From contig NMRA01000312.1 in NCBI GenBank assembly GCA_002633005.1, positions 267,850 through 331,849 of the forward strand: a DNA stretch of 64,000 nucleotides, in the 5' to 3' direction. The notes under the pieces were generated by a model, which searched no databases, was not told the origin of the DNA, and saw only the letters and a program-made list of their open reading frames with translations. This document shows, one piece after another, positions 49,301 to 60,800 of the stretch. A program made the position numbers and the translations under genes. Numbering within the stretch: position 1 is the stretch's first letter; the number at the start of each line of letters is the position of its first letter. This DNA is from Phoronis australis. Its lineage: Eukaryota > Animalia > Phoronida.

Positions 49301-51251
49301 TCACTCTGGCTAAACTTTCAAGGTCGTGTAGCTATATGTACCTTTTATATTCTTCCTGGTGGAACAAATTACCCATAAGTCAAGCTGTCATGTTTTACTT
49401 CATTCATCAACAAAGTTGATAACTGACCTCCTTTACTTTCATTGTGTTCCGAGTCAAACAAAAACATATGGGTATTATGGGGAAGTGACCGCAGCACAGA
49501 TCAGACTGTGTGTGCATGATGCTGTGAGTGATTGATGCAGATTGATCTACAGTTGCCTTTTTTCTGGCTCCTAAAATACTGTTCAATTTGTCTATTTGTT
49601 CCTGTTTGCTTAGTGACTAAACTGGTGATGCTTATTTTCAGGCCTGGAATTTGGTGACATTGTGATGGGCCCTATGTCTAATGAACTTCTAAGTATGATG
49701 TATCCCGAAGAAAACTATGTACCATTGAGAAAAAAACAAAAATGTGATACTGAATCTAGCAAAACAAATACAGACAGTAATCCAGTGGCAGTGGACCAAA
49801 AAAATCCTTCAGTGGTTAGTCATGCGAATCTTTTGTCGACTCAAGAGGACTCACAGAGTGGTCAAGCTGGAGAAGGTGAAACCAGTCAAAGGAAAGCATT
49901 TTTCACCAAAGGTGGCGCTAGCATGTATGAGAGTTTCTTCAAACTGCTTCATGAAAGCAAGAAATCAGGTAAGTGTTTAAAACCTAGTAATTGCACGTTT
50001 ATCGTCTACATCTTGTTCATTTTTTCCAATCAGTAATTAAATAGTTTTTGGTATCAAATATTATCCAGGTAGTGATCACTTTCCTTGTTCTACCCTTTTA
50101 TGTTAAGACACCAGTGCTGCCGGTATATTTCGGACATTTTACCCTCTACACACTTTAACCTGCATGTGACCTTGAAACTCTGTCACGAGTGCTGCAAAAT
50201 ATGTTTGGATAATTTTGTTGTTTATTTTCCAGCTTTATTGATTGGAAGTGAGGAAGACACCGAACCCTACAAAGACCAGCACAGCGTTGTAGTTAGTTGT
50301 CAAGAAACTGATAAGGCTGTTGTCAAGGAGATGAAACAGCGAGCTGGTGAACACAGCTTCTCCTGGGCTCAGCTGCAGCCTGTCTCGATTAAGCAAACAG
50401 CATCCAAGGTAATTTGTTTTAGTTTGGAGCCATGTTGATGGTGGTGTTCCGTGACATGCTTGAATTCACCAAAGCTTGAGAACCCTTTGCTGTACTTTGA
50501 AATACATTTGGTATGTGCCAAAAGTCATCAGACGTAATGACGTGGTATTGCCCATGGAAATGTTATTCTGTTATTTAGAGTTTGCCCTGATGACGTAATT
50601 GCCAGTAATTTTTGCCGAATTGAATTAACCTGCATCATGGGAAAATGGTATTTTGTCTGATGACTTTTGGCATATATTGTGTTTAATATCAATGTTCCAT
50701 CAACACATGATAAGAGCGTGTTTTTGTATCCACCAGGATTAATTGGCATGTGACTTTTCCTGCCGCTTTTAATAAAGTGGAGCTTGAACAGCAGACAGTT
50801 CTTGAAATATGTACAAAGTTGACCTTTTACAGTTGCCTGTGCGGGCCAACATGAACTAGAGCAACTGTGCTGCAGACCTTTATTCAAGTTAAGCGAAAAC
50901 CTGACTTTTGCATGTTTTAATGTACTTGTCACTTGATTTTTTTTTGATAAGTAACTCCCGAACTAACTATTTAAAGAATGCTCTGCAGTGTTTGAGAAAT
51001 TATAACAAGTATTTTCATGGTTTTACAGCTTGCTGCAAATGAGCTCTGACATTTTTTGTAGTAAACAAGCAATTACTTTTTTAGTAATTCAGGTGACATG
51101 TAATTTTTTTCAGAAAACCATGCGAAAGATTGATAAGTGGATTAAGAAAGTAGAAAGTGCTCTAAAAGACAATACCATGTTTCTTGTGGTGTTCACTGGC
51201 AGAGAGTCCCAGACGGTTCACAACGCAGCCAGCTTCCTAAAGATCACATAG
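31268..51251 (+). CDS. REXO5: Spliced gene: RNA exonuclease 5-like (NEF-sp / REX1-family DEDDh 3'-5' exonuclease), ~659 aa
   Basis: Exons 31268-31375, 34724-34915, 36164-36309, 39133-39259 (duplicated at 38132-38258), 39800-39911, 40148-40279, 43243-43316, 44639-44757, 45906-46044, 48026-48126, 48377-48465, 49642-49968, 50233-50408, 51114-51251 sum to 1980 nt, in frame. Catalytic motifs: LFAIDCEMC (ExoI), ELTRIS, ITDYLTQFSGIT, ILCGQSLNADLHAL (ExoII), HPYVIDTS, GHNSVEDA (ExoIII). The N-terminal DLQHLLLYAL...PRWC and FSRRLLLL..Q...EGYPLP blocks resemble REXO5 rather than REXO1/REXO4. Confidence 0.9.
32850..34499. mobile_element. Non-autonomous hAT-like DNA transposon with 5-bp TSD, spanning the assembly gap
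   Basis: TIR CAGGGCTCGAC / GTCGAGCCCTG, perfect TSD CTTAA, and subterminal TGCGACCTG repeats at both ends. Confidence 0.85.
33749..34096. other. Assembly gap (348 N)
   Basis: Run of N. Confidence 0.99.
34724..34915 (+). CDS. REXO5: REXO5-like exon 2
   Basis: ttttcag acceptor, GTATGA donor, 64 open codons. Confidence 0.8.
36164..36309 (+). CDS. REXO5: REXO5-like exon 3 (LYMMDLQHLLLYALQG...KPR)
   Basis: ttttag acceptor, GTAT donor, phase 0 to 2. Confidence 0.88.
37883..39796. repeat. ~1-kb tandem duplication (each copy starts with a (TACTGGTATT)n 10-bp array and carries REXO5 exon 4), joined at a single N (38794)
   Basis: Copies are offset by ~1001-1004 bp and differ only by scattered SNPs, a 3-bp indel and array length. 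Confidence 0.92.
39133..39259 (+). CDS. REXO5: REXO5-like exon 4 (WCRLLRVGKLQSVAVLVV...); second copy at 38132-38258
   Basis: ctctag acceptor, GTAAGT donor, phase 2 to 0. Confidence 0.85.
39800..39911 (+). CDS. REXO5: REXO5-like exon 5 (KVEIISPYQYGMSLMDELFWVPLS...)
   Basis: tttcag acceptor, GTATGA donor. Confidence 0.85.
40148..40279 (+). CDS. REXO5: REXO5-like exon 6 (FSRRLLLLNPNQLIMEGYPLP)
   Basis: ttgcag acceptor. Two in-phase donors end the exon at 40273 or 40279. Confidence 0.85.
40847..42787. mobile_element. ~1.9-kb non-autonomous Kolobok-like DNA transposon in REXO5 intron 6
   Basis: TTAA|AGTAGGTGGATAAAC ... GTGTATACACCTACC|TTAA: 12/15 TIR match, purine-purine termini, TTAA TSD and a CpG-rich core. 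Confidence 0.6.
43243..43316 (+). CDS. REXO5: REXO5-like exon 7 (YQEVTDSSPLFAIDCEM, ExoI)
   Basis: Catalytic DxE motif with canonical splice sites. Confidence 0.92.
44639..44757 (+). CDS. REXO5: REXO5-like exon 8 (CMTTRKKAELTRISV...ITDYLT)
   Basis: DEDDh core with canonical splice sites. Confidence 0.93.
45554..45709. mobile_element. 156-bp hAT-like MITE with 5-bp TSD
   Basis: GTGAT|CAGGGGCGGAT ... ATCCGCCACTG|GTGAT. Confidence 0.85.
45906..46044 (+). CDS. REXO5: REXO5-like exon 9 (FSGITEHTL...ILCGQSLNADLHALE, ExoII)
   Basis: DEDDh core with canonical splice sites. Confidence 0.93.
46070..47635. repeat. Intronic repeat element with an internal higher-order tandem array (~143-bp subunits, ~435-bp trimers), possibly Helentron/HINE-like
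   Basis: GCGCC(A/T/C)CCTAGTGGC, TTTTCAT(G/A)AAATTTGG and GATGACGATGA recur in register. Element class and ends are inferred. Confidence 0.8.
48026..48126 (+). CDS. REXO5: REXO5-like exon 10 (MLHPYVIDTSVIY...LTARFLG)
   Basis: DEDDh core, phase 0 to 2. Confidence 0.92.
48377..48465 (+). CDS. REXO5: REXO5-like exon 11 (RSIQDSSSGHNSVEDAMATMELVKLKLSK, ExoIII)
   Basis: Catalytic H-x4-D motif with canonical splice sites. Confidence 0.93.
49003..49134. repeat. 42-bp minisatellite x3 containing the near-palindrome TGTGGTTACCACA
   Basis: Copies start at 49003, 49045 and 49087. Confidence 0.9.
49642..49968 (+). CDS. REXO5: REXO5-like exon 12 (LEFGDIVMG...SFFKLLHESKKS)
   Basis: ttttcag acceptor, GTAAGT donor, phase 1 to 1. 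Confidence 0.88.
50233..50408 (+). CDS. REXO5: REXO5-like exon 13
   Basis: ttccag acceptor, GTAATT donor, phase 1 to 0. Confidence 0.85.
51114..51251 (+). CDS. REXO5: REXO5-like terminal exon (KTMRKIDKWIKKVESALKDNTMFLVVFTG...FLKIT*)
   Basis: tttcag acceptor, TAG stop. Confidence 0.88.
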   Translation, partial: KTMRKIDKWIKKVESALKDNTMFLVVFTGRESQTVHNAASFLKIT

Positions 51252-52165
51252 CTTATTTGCTTATTAGATGATTTAAGAAAGACTATGCTTTGTTTGCATA
51301 GTCAAAAAGTCTTTCTGTTAAGGTCATAGACCACCATTTTACTCACGATTTGACCTGAAAACTGACCAATCATGAGTAAACTTTCATGTTCATGCAATAT
51401 TGATTGGTCAATTTTTCTGTCGAGTCTGGAGTTAGGGGGGCTCAGACAAAGATCACAGTCAGTATGCTTTTGGAGCTAACCCACTGTGGCTAGTGTGGGG
51501 TAAGTTTAAGATGCTCTACAGGAGTCGCAACCAATCATTTTCAAGTTTTTCTGTAATTGGTAATTTTTGACTTGTCTCCCAACTGGCTCTAATCCATTTA
51601 ACATAAGATGGGCAGTGTTATCAAAATTACTGCAATCTTTTGCGGATGACGGGCAAAAAACATCTTTCTTAAAAAAAATTTATACAATATATTCCTCAAC
51701 GGCAGGTGTTTCTACCTGTGACACATGGGCTACACGTCCACTTGTAAAATATGGCCACGTGGAGAATACTTCAGTGCCAACTTTCTGAAACATGTAAATT
51801 TCCTATGTGAATAATGGAACATGGTGAAGTGCATTTTTGTGGTTAGTATTGTGTATTGCCTTGTAAAAGATTTTCACAAATGACAATATCCATGTATTAT
51901 GTTCCTGACTGCACCCAAATTTTCCAGAGGGTTAGACAGTGGTGCCATATTGTAATTGAAAAAAGTGCCTTTGTGAGCTTTCTGGGTTGTTGTGACTTGC
52001 ATTAAGTTAGTGTTGTGCTTTAATCAAGTAAGCAAGTCCACTTTGACAATTCATGTACATGTGACAAAATTTGCCAGTTCTCAAGTGTACATTTTGCTTC
52101 TTAATTATGGTGGAAAGCTGTTATACATCTACCTCGCTCAAATGAGAACGGATTTCTGGGCTCGG

Positions 52166-52684
52166 AAAGTATTAGCAGTTTACTGTTGGTGGACACCATG
52201 CTGTGCATAAAGTATCGACAGTTTACTGCTGGTGGACACCATGTTGTGCATAAAGTATCAACAGTTTACTGTTGGTGGACACCGTGTTGTGCATAAAGTA
52301 TCAACAGTTTACTGTTGGTGGACACCGTGCTGTGCATAAAGTATCAACAGTTTACTGTTGGTGGACACCGTGCTGTGCATAAAGTATCAACAGTTTACTG
52401 TTGGTGGACACCGTGCTGTGCATAAAGTATCAACAGCTTACTGTTGGTGGACACCATGTTGTGCATAAAGTATCAACAGCTTACTGTTGTTGGACACCAT
52501 GTTGTGCATAAAGTATCAACAGCTTACTGTTGGTGGACACCATGTTGTGCATAAAGTTTCAACAGCTTACTGTTGGTGGACACTATGTTGTGCATAAAGT
52601 ATCAACAGCTTACTGTTGGTGGACACCATGCTGTGCATAAAGTATCGACAGTTTACTGCTGGTGGACACCGTGCTGTGCATAAA
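52166..52684. repeat. 43-bp minisatellite x~12 (CAGTTTACTGTTGGTGGACACCATGTTGTGCATAAAGTATCAA)
   Basis: Contiguous copies with no spacers, downstream of the REXO5 stop. Confidence 0.95.
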
Positions 52685-54813
52685 ATGATAAGTTGTCTCA
52701 ATGAGATTTTCTTAAGCAATAACAAATGGCCACTTCTCCCAAACTCAAGAAATCACACTCTATGATAACAGTCTTATTTAGCGTGCGATGTAACCAACAA
52801 AACAAAATCTATTTTGTTAAATTAAGAGTTAGTCCGTTACTAGCATAGTTGTACTAAGATGTTATAAAACAGCTTTTGGGAAATTGTCTGTAATTTGCAG
52901 TAATCAGCTTTAGAAAAACGCAAAATTGACTATAATTTTTCTGTGGAAAAGTGGATATTTATCTTAATCTGAGTAAGGAACAAGATATCAGTGTATGGCG
53001 AGTGGTCTGTTTTATGAAATGCAGGTGTATAGCAGCTTTACCAACGTTACCAAAATTGTAACTGTGACGTTTATGCAGTTGAATCGTGATTTAAATTAGG
53101 ATGGAATGCTACGTTTAACAGCTTGAACAGTATTTCATTGATGGGAGAGTAAGTTGTTGCATCCCTCAAAATGATTTGGGACTTTCATGACCGACCAATT
53201 TTCAACTCAAAAAGTGGCTCCTCACATTTCCAAGGAACAAATTATCTGTATCATGTATGAGGGTGGACAGTTCTTTCAGGTTCTCATATACTCAATAATA
53301 TGTTCACATATTGATTTATTCTCAGGATTCCCACAGAAGTGAAGTTATATTTTTGTTTCTTTAAATGCAAGAAATACAAGTGTTGAAACATAAAAATTGC
53401 TTATTTATTGCGGATTCATAATTGCACATTTGCTACAGGCCTATTTGTAGAGATATATTGCTTTCGAGTATGCACAACCTTTACTATCTAATAACACGTC
53501 TACAACAAACATGTTAATTTCAAACGATGATTTTGTATAGCTGTGTAATGTACAAGCTATAAATCAACAAAACATTTGCCAGTGCACCACAACGCACTCT
53601 CTCGACTTTCACAGGATTCACAATGTTGCTATTAATTAAACACATGTGATTTACTTCATCGAAACTGAATGGCTTAGGAATTCTCATTGATGATTATTTA
53701 CAATTCACATCTAGTGCATTTTAACTTATTCTCTCTGGATGAAGATTGTGTTCCCGGCGTGTTACTGAAAACCAATCCAAGCATCAGACCTCATGTACAG
53801 AAACTGCATCAAGCTAAATGTACAACATACGACACATGGACTGTTCCTTGCCACATAACTGGTCTCTACAGTCACCTACATGATGATCTGTTGGCAGCGC
53901 TTGTTTTTAGAAAGGTAAACTGGCCATCCTTACATCCCATTTGGAGGGACTTCCTCAACTTCAATGTATACTTCCAAAATTTCAGCTGACTTTTAGTTTC
54001 TGCAACAGCAAGACAAACCACAAATAACGTTTTGTAACATAAATTGAGCATTTTTGCACACAATGACGTTAGGAGATGATCAGAGGCCAGCCTTAACAAA
54101 GGTCACTCACCAAGGTCATAGTTGAGACGGTTGGTCATAAGCAATTTATTTGCAATGTTGATTTCTGAACGAATAAAACATTCAAACTGATGTAAACTTG
54201 ACCTCTGGTGTAACTTTGACTGTTGTTCATATTTTAAATTAGTTAACGATGACCTTCGTAAACCAGATTAATGAATCGCGTGCCAGTATAAATCTGAAGT
54301 TATGACCATCTTGGATAGGATTGGCCATTTGATAAAAGGAGCGCCAGACGTGTTGATTGGAGGTGTAGCAATGAGCTTTCCACCTATGCTCTGCAACCTA
54401 ATCATTCATCAAACCTAAAAAGCAGAGCATACTAATTTCAAACAATGATTTTAGAATCTAACAATATAGCAGCTGATCCATGTGTTTCAATGCACCCTAG
54501 TCCCCATGCTAACATGTACTAATGCACTTGATGACATCGTGCAAAGCAACTCTAACATTATGAATGAAAAACCAAGTAGATGTTACCAATCAGTTGTAAA
54601 AAGATTCCAAATCGAGCCATCAATGCGAAGTAAAATAACTCAGTAAATGAGCAAACCATCTCTATCTACTCTTAACGAACTCGAGAGACAAAAAAATTAA
54701 AATAGGCTCAGGCAGAAAAAACAGACACATTACACTTTACCACGCCTTGATCAATCACAACATGCATTATCGTGCAAATGTGTTTTCTGCAAGTTAACAG
54801 CCAACATACATGC

Positions 54814-54880
54814 TTAGTTATCCATATAACCAGTCTCGCTGTCTGCGTCGGAGTTAATTTCATCGCCATCTGATTCGCTA
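54814..54880 (-). CDS. Acidic terminal exon of the minus-strand gene
   Basis: ttttctaacag acceptor. Phase 2 matches the AA/GTAAGT donor at 55652. TAA stop. Confidence 0.7.
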
Positions 54881-57800
54881 CTGTTAGAAAAACAACAGAT
54901 GTTAAACAACATGAAAACGATGCTTGTGAAAGTCATAACAACCAACAAGAACTTATCCAAGCAAACAATTCAAGTCCACTACAAATTTCCCTTGTTCAGC
55001 GTCACTTGTCATCTTCAACAGCCTACTTTAAAGTAAGCTGTTCAGCATGTGCCCTGTATGACTAAGCAATTCAATTATATTGTTCATAACCCCAAGCCTC
55101 TTAGACACTATTTATATTGTCCAAAACATCGATAAAACCTTACCCACCCTGGCTACCTGAGTACAAGAGTAGGGCTTTCATGTTTTAGGTAACTCTCGCA
55201 ATCATGGGAGATAAATTGTGCATGTTGCGATTGAGGATAGGCTAACCTCCTTCCTTAAGCCACTCAACAATGCAAAAAGATCTTTTTAGATTTTCAGCAC
55301 AGCATGTGGCAGAAATGGCCTCTGAACAAGAGAACTTTGTAATGGTATATATAGACAGACAGGTAGTGGTACAGAGTGGATGCAACAGTGACATGAACAA
55401 CATTATGCACCAACAAACGACTGCCATGCTTCATAACACAATGTTAACTACTCAAGCAAACATGGAACAACATGCTTGAGAAAGAATCAAATCATTTTCA
55501 ACATGATGAAAATTTAATAAGAAATACAATGCAACAATTCTTAATGAATAAACTATACTTGTACGCTTGTTCAAGTTTCCTCATGAAAGCAAAACAATAT
55601 GAACAATAAGAATTTCGCTGCAGTCACGTATTCCAATATCCAATCACTTACTTTGATACTCTGAAGAATTTCTTGCCTTTCTGTATCCAGCTTCTATCTA
55701 GGAAGCGGCTGCGAGATTTCTGCTTCTTCTCTCCCTCTTCATCAGTGGAGAGGTTGGCATAAGTGTCTTCTTCAATCGTTGAGCGAGATTTCTGGTGGCA
55801 AATTGTCTTCGAGTCCTCGGAGGTAGTGCTACTTTGGCCTTTTATACGATTAAACGCTTTTTTAGCTCGGTCCAAGGACTTAGTCCGAGAAGTTTTAGTT
55901 TTGGATTTTTTCTCAATGTCTTTTTCTCCCTTGGCAAGAGGGGGTGTTAGGTTGGAAGGCTTAGTCACATCGGAAGACTTAAGTTTGTCTACAGTTGATT
56001 TCTCTGTTGGTTTGTCTTTCCGTGTTTCAGTTTGTGAAAGTCCAGTGGCTCTTGAACTATTAGTCTTTGGAACAGCAGAGTCTTTGCTCCTTTGAGTAGG
56101 TTCTTGATTCAAGGGTTTATTTTTAGCAGTCGCTATTACAGTCTGCTTAAGACCACTGGAAGACATTGCAGACGAGCAGAGATCTTCTTTCCTTGCTTCC
56201 CGAGAATCAATGATAGCACCAGTTCCAGGAACTCCTGAAGATTTCCCCTCTTCGGCATTGTTTGGAGAAGTCTTTGCTGAAACAATCCGTACGGGAGAAC
56301 TGTTGCTTCTCTCACGACTATCAAAAACACTCAGCTTTCCAGCAATAGCAGTGGTGGGTGACTCAGTGTCACTATCGTGCTTTAGGAATATCTCGCGGGC
56401 CCTAGCAACAGTGCCCTCCTTTGGCACTTCATAGACAGACTTCTTGCGGTTTGGGACAGTCCTGCCGGGTGACGCTCGTGATATACTGTCCGTGGAATCG
56501 CTGGATTCTGGACGAGAAGAGGCAAACTGATCTCTTAGTTTGTTGAACTTACTGCTGCTAGACTCCCCACTTTTCACTAGGTCCTTTGGTGTGTGTTTTA
56601 CTGAGAGATCGGGAGCTAAAGAGGACGACAGCTTACGGGCAATTTCTTTCACCTGTGGAGAGGGGCTACGTTTAAAGTGACACAAAATCGTCTTAGAAAC
56701 ACTTGTATCGTGTTCGAGTTTATTATTCTCTGGGGGTTTCTCAGAGTTGTCAGGCAAAACTTTCAGTGTCTCTTGTGCCACTGATGATACACCCTGACTT
56801 TTGGTCTCAACACTTGGAAGCAGCTGTGTGTCAGCAGACATAACTGCTTCATTAGAAGGCAACTGTACTTCATGATTTCCTTCCACGGGTGCTTGCACTG
56901 ATTCCTTTAGCTTTGCTTTACTTAGTCCTCCACCAGGGAGCGCCCGCGTTGAAACATGCATCAATTCTTGTGCTGTTTTCAACTTCCGAACAGGTGACAC
57001 AATCGTGTGCTGCAGAGCAGGCGGACTCGGTGTGTAGCTGCGTGAGTTAGTGAAACTTTCACTGAACTCGTAATGACTGGCCAACTCAACCATAGTTGGT
57101 GCTGGAGTCTTCTTTTTAATCATTGGTTCTTTAACTCCGTCATTCTTTGCCGTGTTACGAGTTGTTTCTTTTTCTGCCGGTAAACTGCCACTAGACCGCC
57201 GCCGTTCTTCTCGTGTGGGTGGTCGTGCAAGTTCAAACTTGGGTGATGTCGATGAATTACTAAACTTCATTTCTCCTGGTGATCGCCTTCGGTGTTTCGA
57301 CTTAACAAGCGGACTATGAGTTGACACGAGACTGGATTCAACTGTCTGCGATTCAGGATTGTTTAGTGACTGTTCTTGGGCATTTTCCAAAGCCTGCACG
57401 TCATTTTGTAACATGTCAGCTGGTGAAGATGTAGTTTTAGACTTTTCTTCATCAGTGACGTTCAGCCTGTCGTTGGTTGAGTTTGATGATTCACACTGAC
57501 TAGTGTCTGCTAGTGTATTACTAGGTGATGTTTCGTTCACTTGAGAAATGACTGGGCCACCCTCTAGCTGTTCAAGCTGTACCTAGGGAAGAACCTCATG
57601 AACAGAATCAAACGTTCAGTGATGAATAATGTCACGCTCATCAACAGAGTAAAGACTGAGTCAATTGAAAAATTTGTCATTCGCTTAGTAATGAGAATCC
57701 AACATTCATGGATGCACATTTTTTGCCTTGAACAGACACTCAGCATTGATCTGATCAGATGAAATAAGGATAGAATTTCATAGCACGTGAACGTTTGACG

Positions 57801-60800
57801 AGAACCAGATGTCCCAGTGTTGAATTATCAAATCAACAGAATACAGACAACATAGAAAATATACAAAAGTGTTCTAGTGAAGCAAAAATGTTGTATACAA
57901 TTTTTAGACCAGTTCCTGCCTTTTTTATTTTTATTGAATTATTTCTTTATATTATTAAGAAATCAATCCTTTTATCTTCTAAAGTTATAGCAGAAGGAAC
58001 TTCTGCATCTCATTTTTTGAATTTGAATAATCTTGTGTAGTTCTTTGACAACGCATTTTAAAGTGAGCTTCTTTTTAGGTTTTAAAAGCAATGCACTCCA
58101 AGCTTAATCACAATGTAAATCTTCAATATTTATGTCTCAAATGCATTGCTTTTTAAACCTAAAGAGTCTCACTTATAAAATGGCGACTGCATGAATAAGG
58201 TCTATAGTAAAAGGAATGGTTGACTTAAAGTATAAAGTATTGGAAATGATATTATCTCAAACAAGTTTGTTACAAGAGCAGCCAGTTACTTACACACATA
58301 CAGAGTAGTTATTGGGAATGTTTGAAAGCAAGCCCACATATTTGTAAACCCATGGACTGACATTCAGAAAACCTCACAACATAAACCCATGGGATTACTT
58401 CTGGAATTAGAATTTTGACTTCCAATCAAGGTTTGTAAAGTTTCACAAAATGAACAATATAAGGCTAAGAGAAAAACAGTTCATGGTCATTTTTACAGGT
58501 ATGAAGACTGTTGTCCCAAAACTGCACCCAATTTTACCTTTTGAGCTCAATTATCACAAGTGCAAAACATATTTAACAGCATTATTAATTTGCTAAAGCA
58601 TCTTCAGAATCAGTTGATACAGCCAAAAGCACCAAAGAACCAGACAAAATTTGTATCACCTAAGGTAAAGGCGGCAATTTTGAATATATGCTCCAGAGCC
58701 CTCTATTGGAAATCTTGGGCCACAACAGATCAACTAGTTGCAATCTGCAGTGTACATTGAATATTACAGAGTGCCTGTAGTGTATATTGTATATTACACA
58801 GTAATTACATTGAATATTACAGAGTGCCTGCAGTGTATATTGTATATTACACAGTAATTACGTTAAATATTACAGAATGCCAGTAGTGTATATCGTATAT
58901 TACACAGTAATGACGATTCTGAAGTGTATATCATAGATTACACAAAATACACCAGAGATTTCAAAAAAACTGAGCAACCTACAATATGCACTACAGGTAC
59001 ACAATTGTGTAATAAAATACACTGCAGATTACAACAATAACTGTAACTGATCTCCCCTACTAATGTTTTTGTTAAAAGAGAAATGGTGTTAAAATTTAAC
59101 TAGTATGTACAAGAAAAAACAAGAACAAAGTTCGACTGTATTCAAAATAGAGTAACCATAGTTATCCTACTGTCAGGGCTGTTCCAGCAAAATCTGTGTG
59201 GGAGGGGGGGGAAGGCAACTGAAATAAAAATTTATGGGTGGTTGCGTTTGATTTAAATTCAAAATGGCTGGTGGTCGTACTTCAAAAAAATAAAAATTTA
59301 CAGGTCGTTGTTGTTTCATTGGGCCATAAATGTTTGATGGTGGGTAATTTTAGTAAATTTTATAAACAATCCGCACAGAATCAAAAACGGAAACAAAAAT
59401 GCAACTTGCAAAAAGCTCCGAATTTTTCACTCCCTCTGATCTCCCCATCAGCATGCCCATAACACCAGTCAACCACAGGCACTCGAATTTCTCGATGGCT
59501 AATAACCATATATAAGAAACATATGTTTTCTTAGTAATGAATGGCGTTAGTGGTGATGGAGGAACAGATAAATTCAAGCGCCTGTGCAATCAACCACAAG
59601 AACAAAAAAAAATTGCGGGTGGTAGGCTGAAGAAATAAATGAAAAATATGGGTGGTGGGTGCAAAAAAAAGGTGCCTTCCCCCCCCTCCCATACAGATTT
59701 TACTGGAACAGCCCAGAGGTTTGTTTTGACATTGGGCAAATAACTTAAATTTTGTTTTGTGCAGCTTATGTTATTTGTCACTTCAGGCATGCATGTGCAC
59801 ACGAGTTGTTATACATGGACAAAATAATGATTAGAGATTATGACTGCACAAACCATGTTAACAACCTTTTAGTGAATTAAGAAAAGGTTGCTCTTGTTAA
59901 TCACAAATGGTGACAAGGACAAATTCAAAGCACACATAAAGTTGAGTATTGTTAACTGCAGCTCATAGAGATAAATTAAAGTTATGGTAATTCCTTACTT
60001 ATTTAGCACACAATATGACCGACAAGTGAAATTTTATTTTGTCAAATTCTTTCAATAAATTCGAAGATTAAGAAAATATAAGTGTATCACAAGCATAGTT
60101 TGTACTCTATAGATGCCATAGAAGACCATTTGATGAAGTTTCCCGTATTTGTAGCAAACTTATCAGCCTTTGAAAAATGGAAAATGGCAATTTTGGCAAT
60201 CGTTTCTGTGGAAAATAAGTAGAGAATTACTGTAAGCTTGAATTCCCTCCCAAAATGGACAGTAAAACATAGGCGTGACTCAAAATAATATCATTTGATA
60301 AAAGATTTTTTTAATAATAAAAACAAAATTCTTTCGCGACAAAAATGAGTGCGCCCTCAGAGAAGTGAGGGTGGAGTGAAGGGAGTCAAAAAACGTTTTC
60401 AGGGCAACCTTTTGCTCTAAAAGTTAAAAGTTTAAAGCATAATCATGAAACTTCAGCGTAATGAATTGAAGTTATGTAAGACTTTATCGATAAGCCTGAG
60501 TATATTGCCAAATATCTACAAAACTACAGATTTTAAAATTACAAAATTTTCTGAAAGTACAAAGAACTTGATTTTTGACTTTAAATCAATCTGGCATTAC
60601 AAAGCTGCGTGAACACGTCTTTTTAGTAAAATTTAGCAAAACAGAAAGTTACACTCAAACCAAAAAAAGCATAAAAAACATGAACAAATTTTGTTTGACA
60701 TAAATGCTCACGAAATCTCAAAAACACTATTGCAGTTTTCTACATTCTCGTTTCGTTTTCGTTTTATGCAAATTCAAGCTTTTCATAAAAATCATAGAGG

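Noticed and set aside
52166-52684. CRISPR-like regular repeat
   Set aside because: Units are contiguous with no unique spacers, there are no cas genes, and the context is eukaryotic.
55763-56434. Plus-strand ORFs opposite the large exon
   Set aside because: Antisense shadows of the coding exon.
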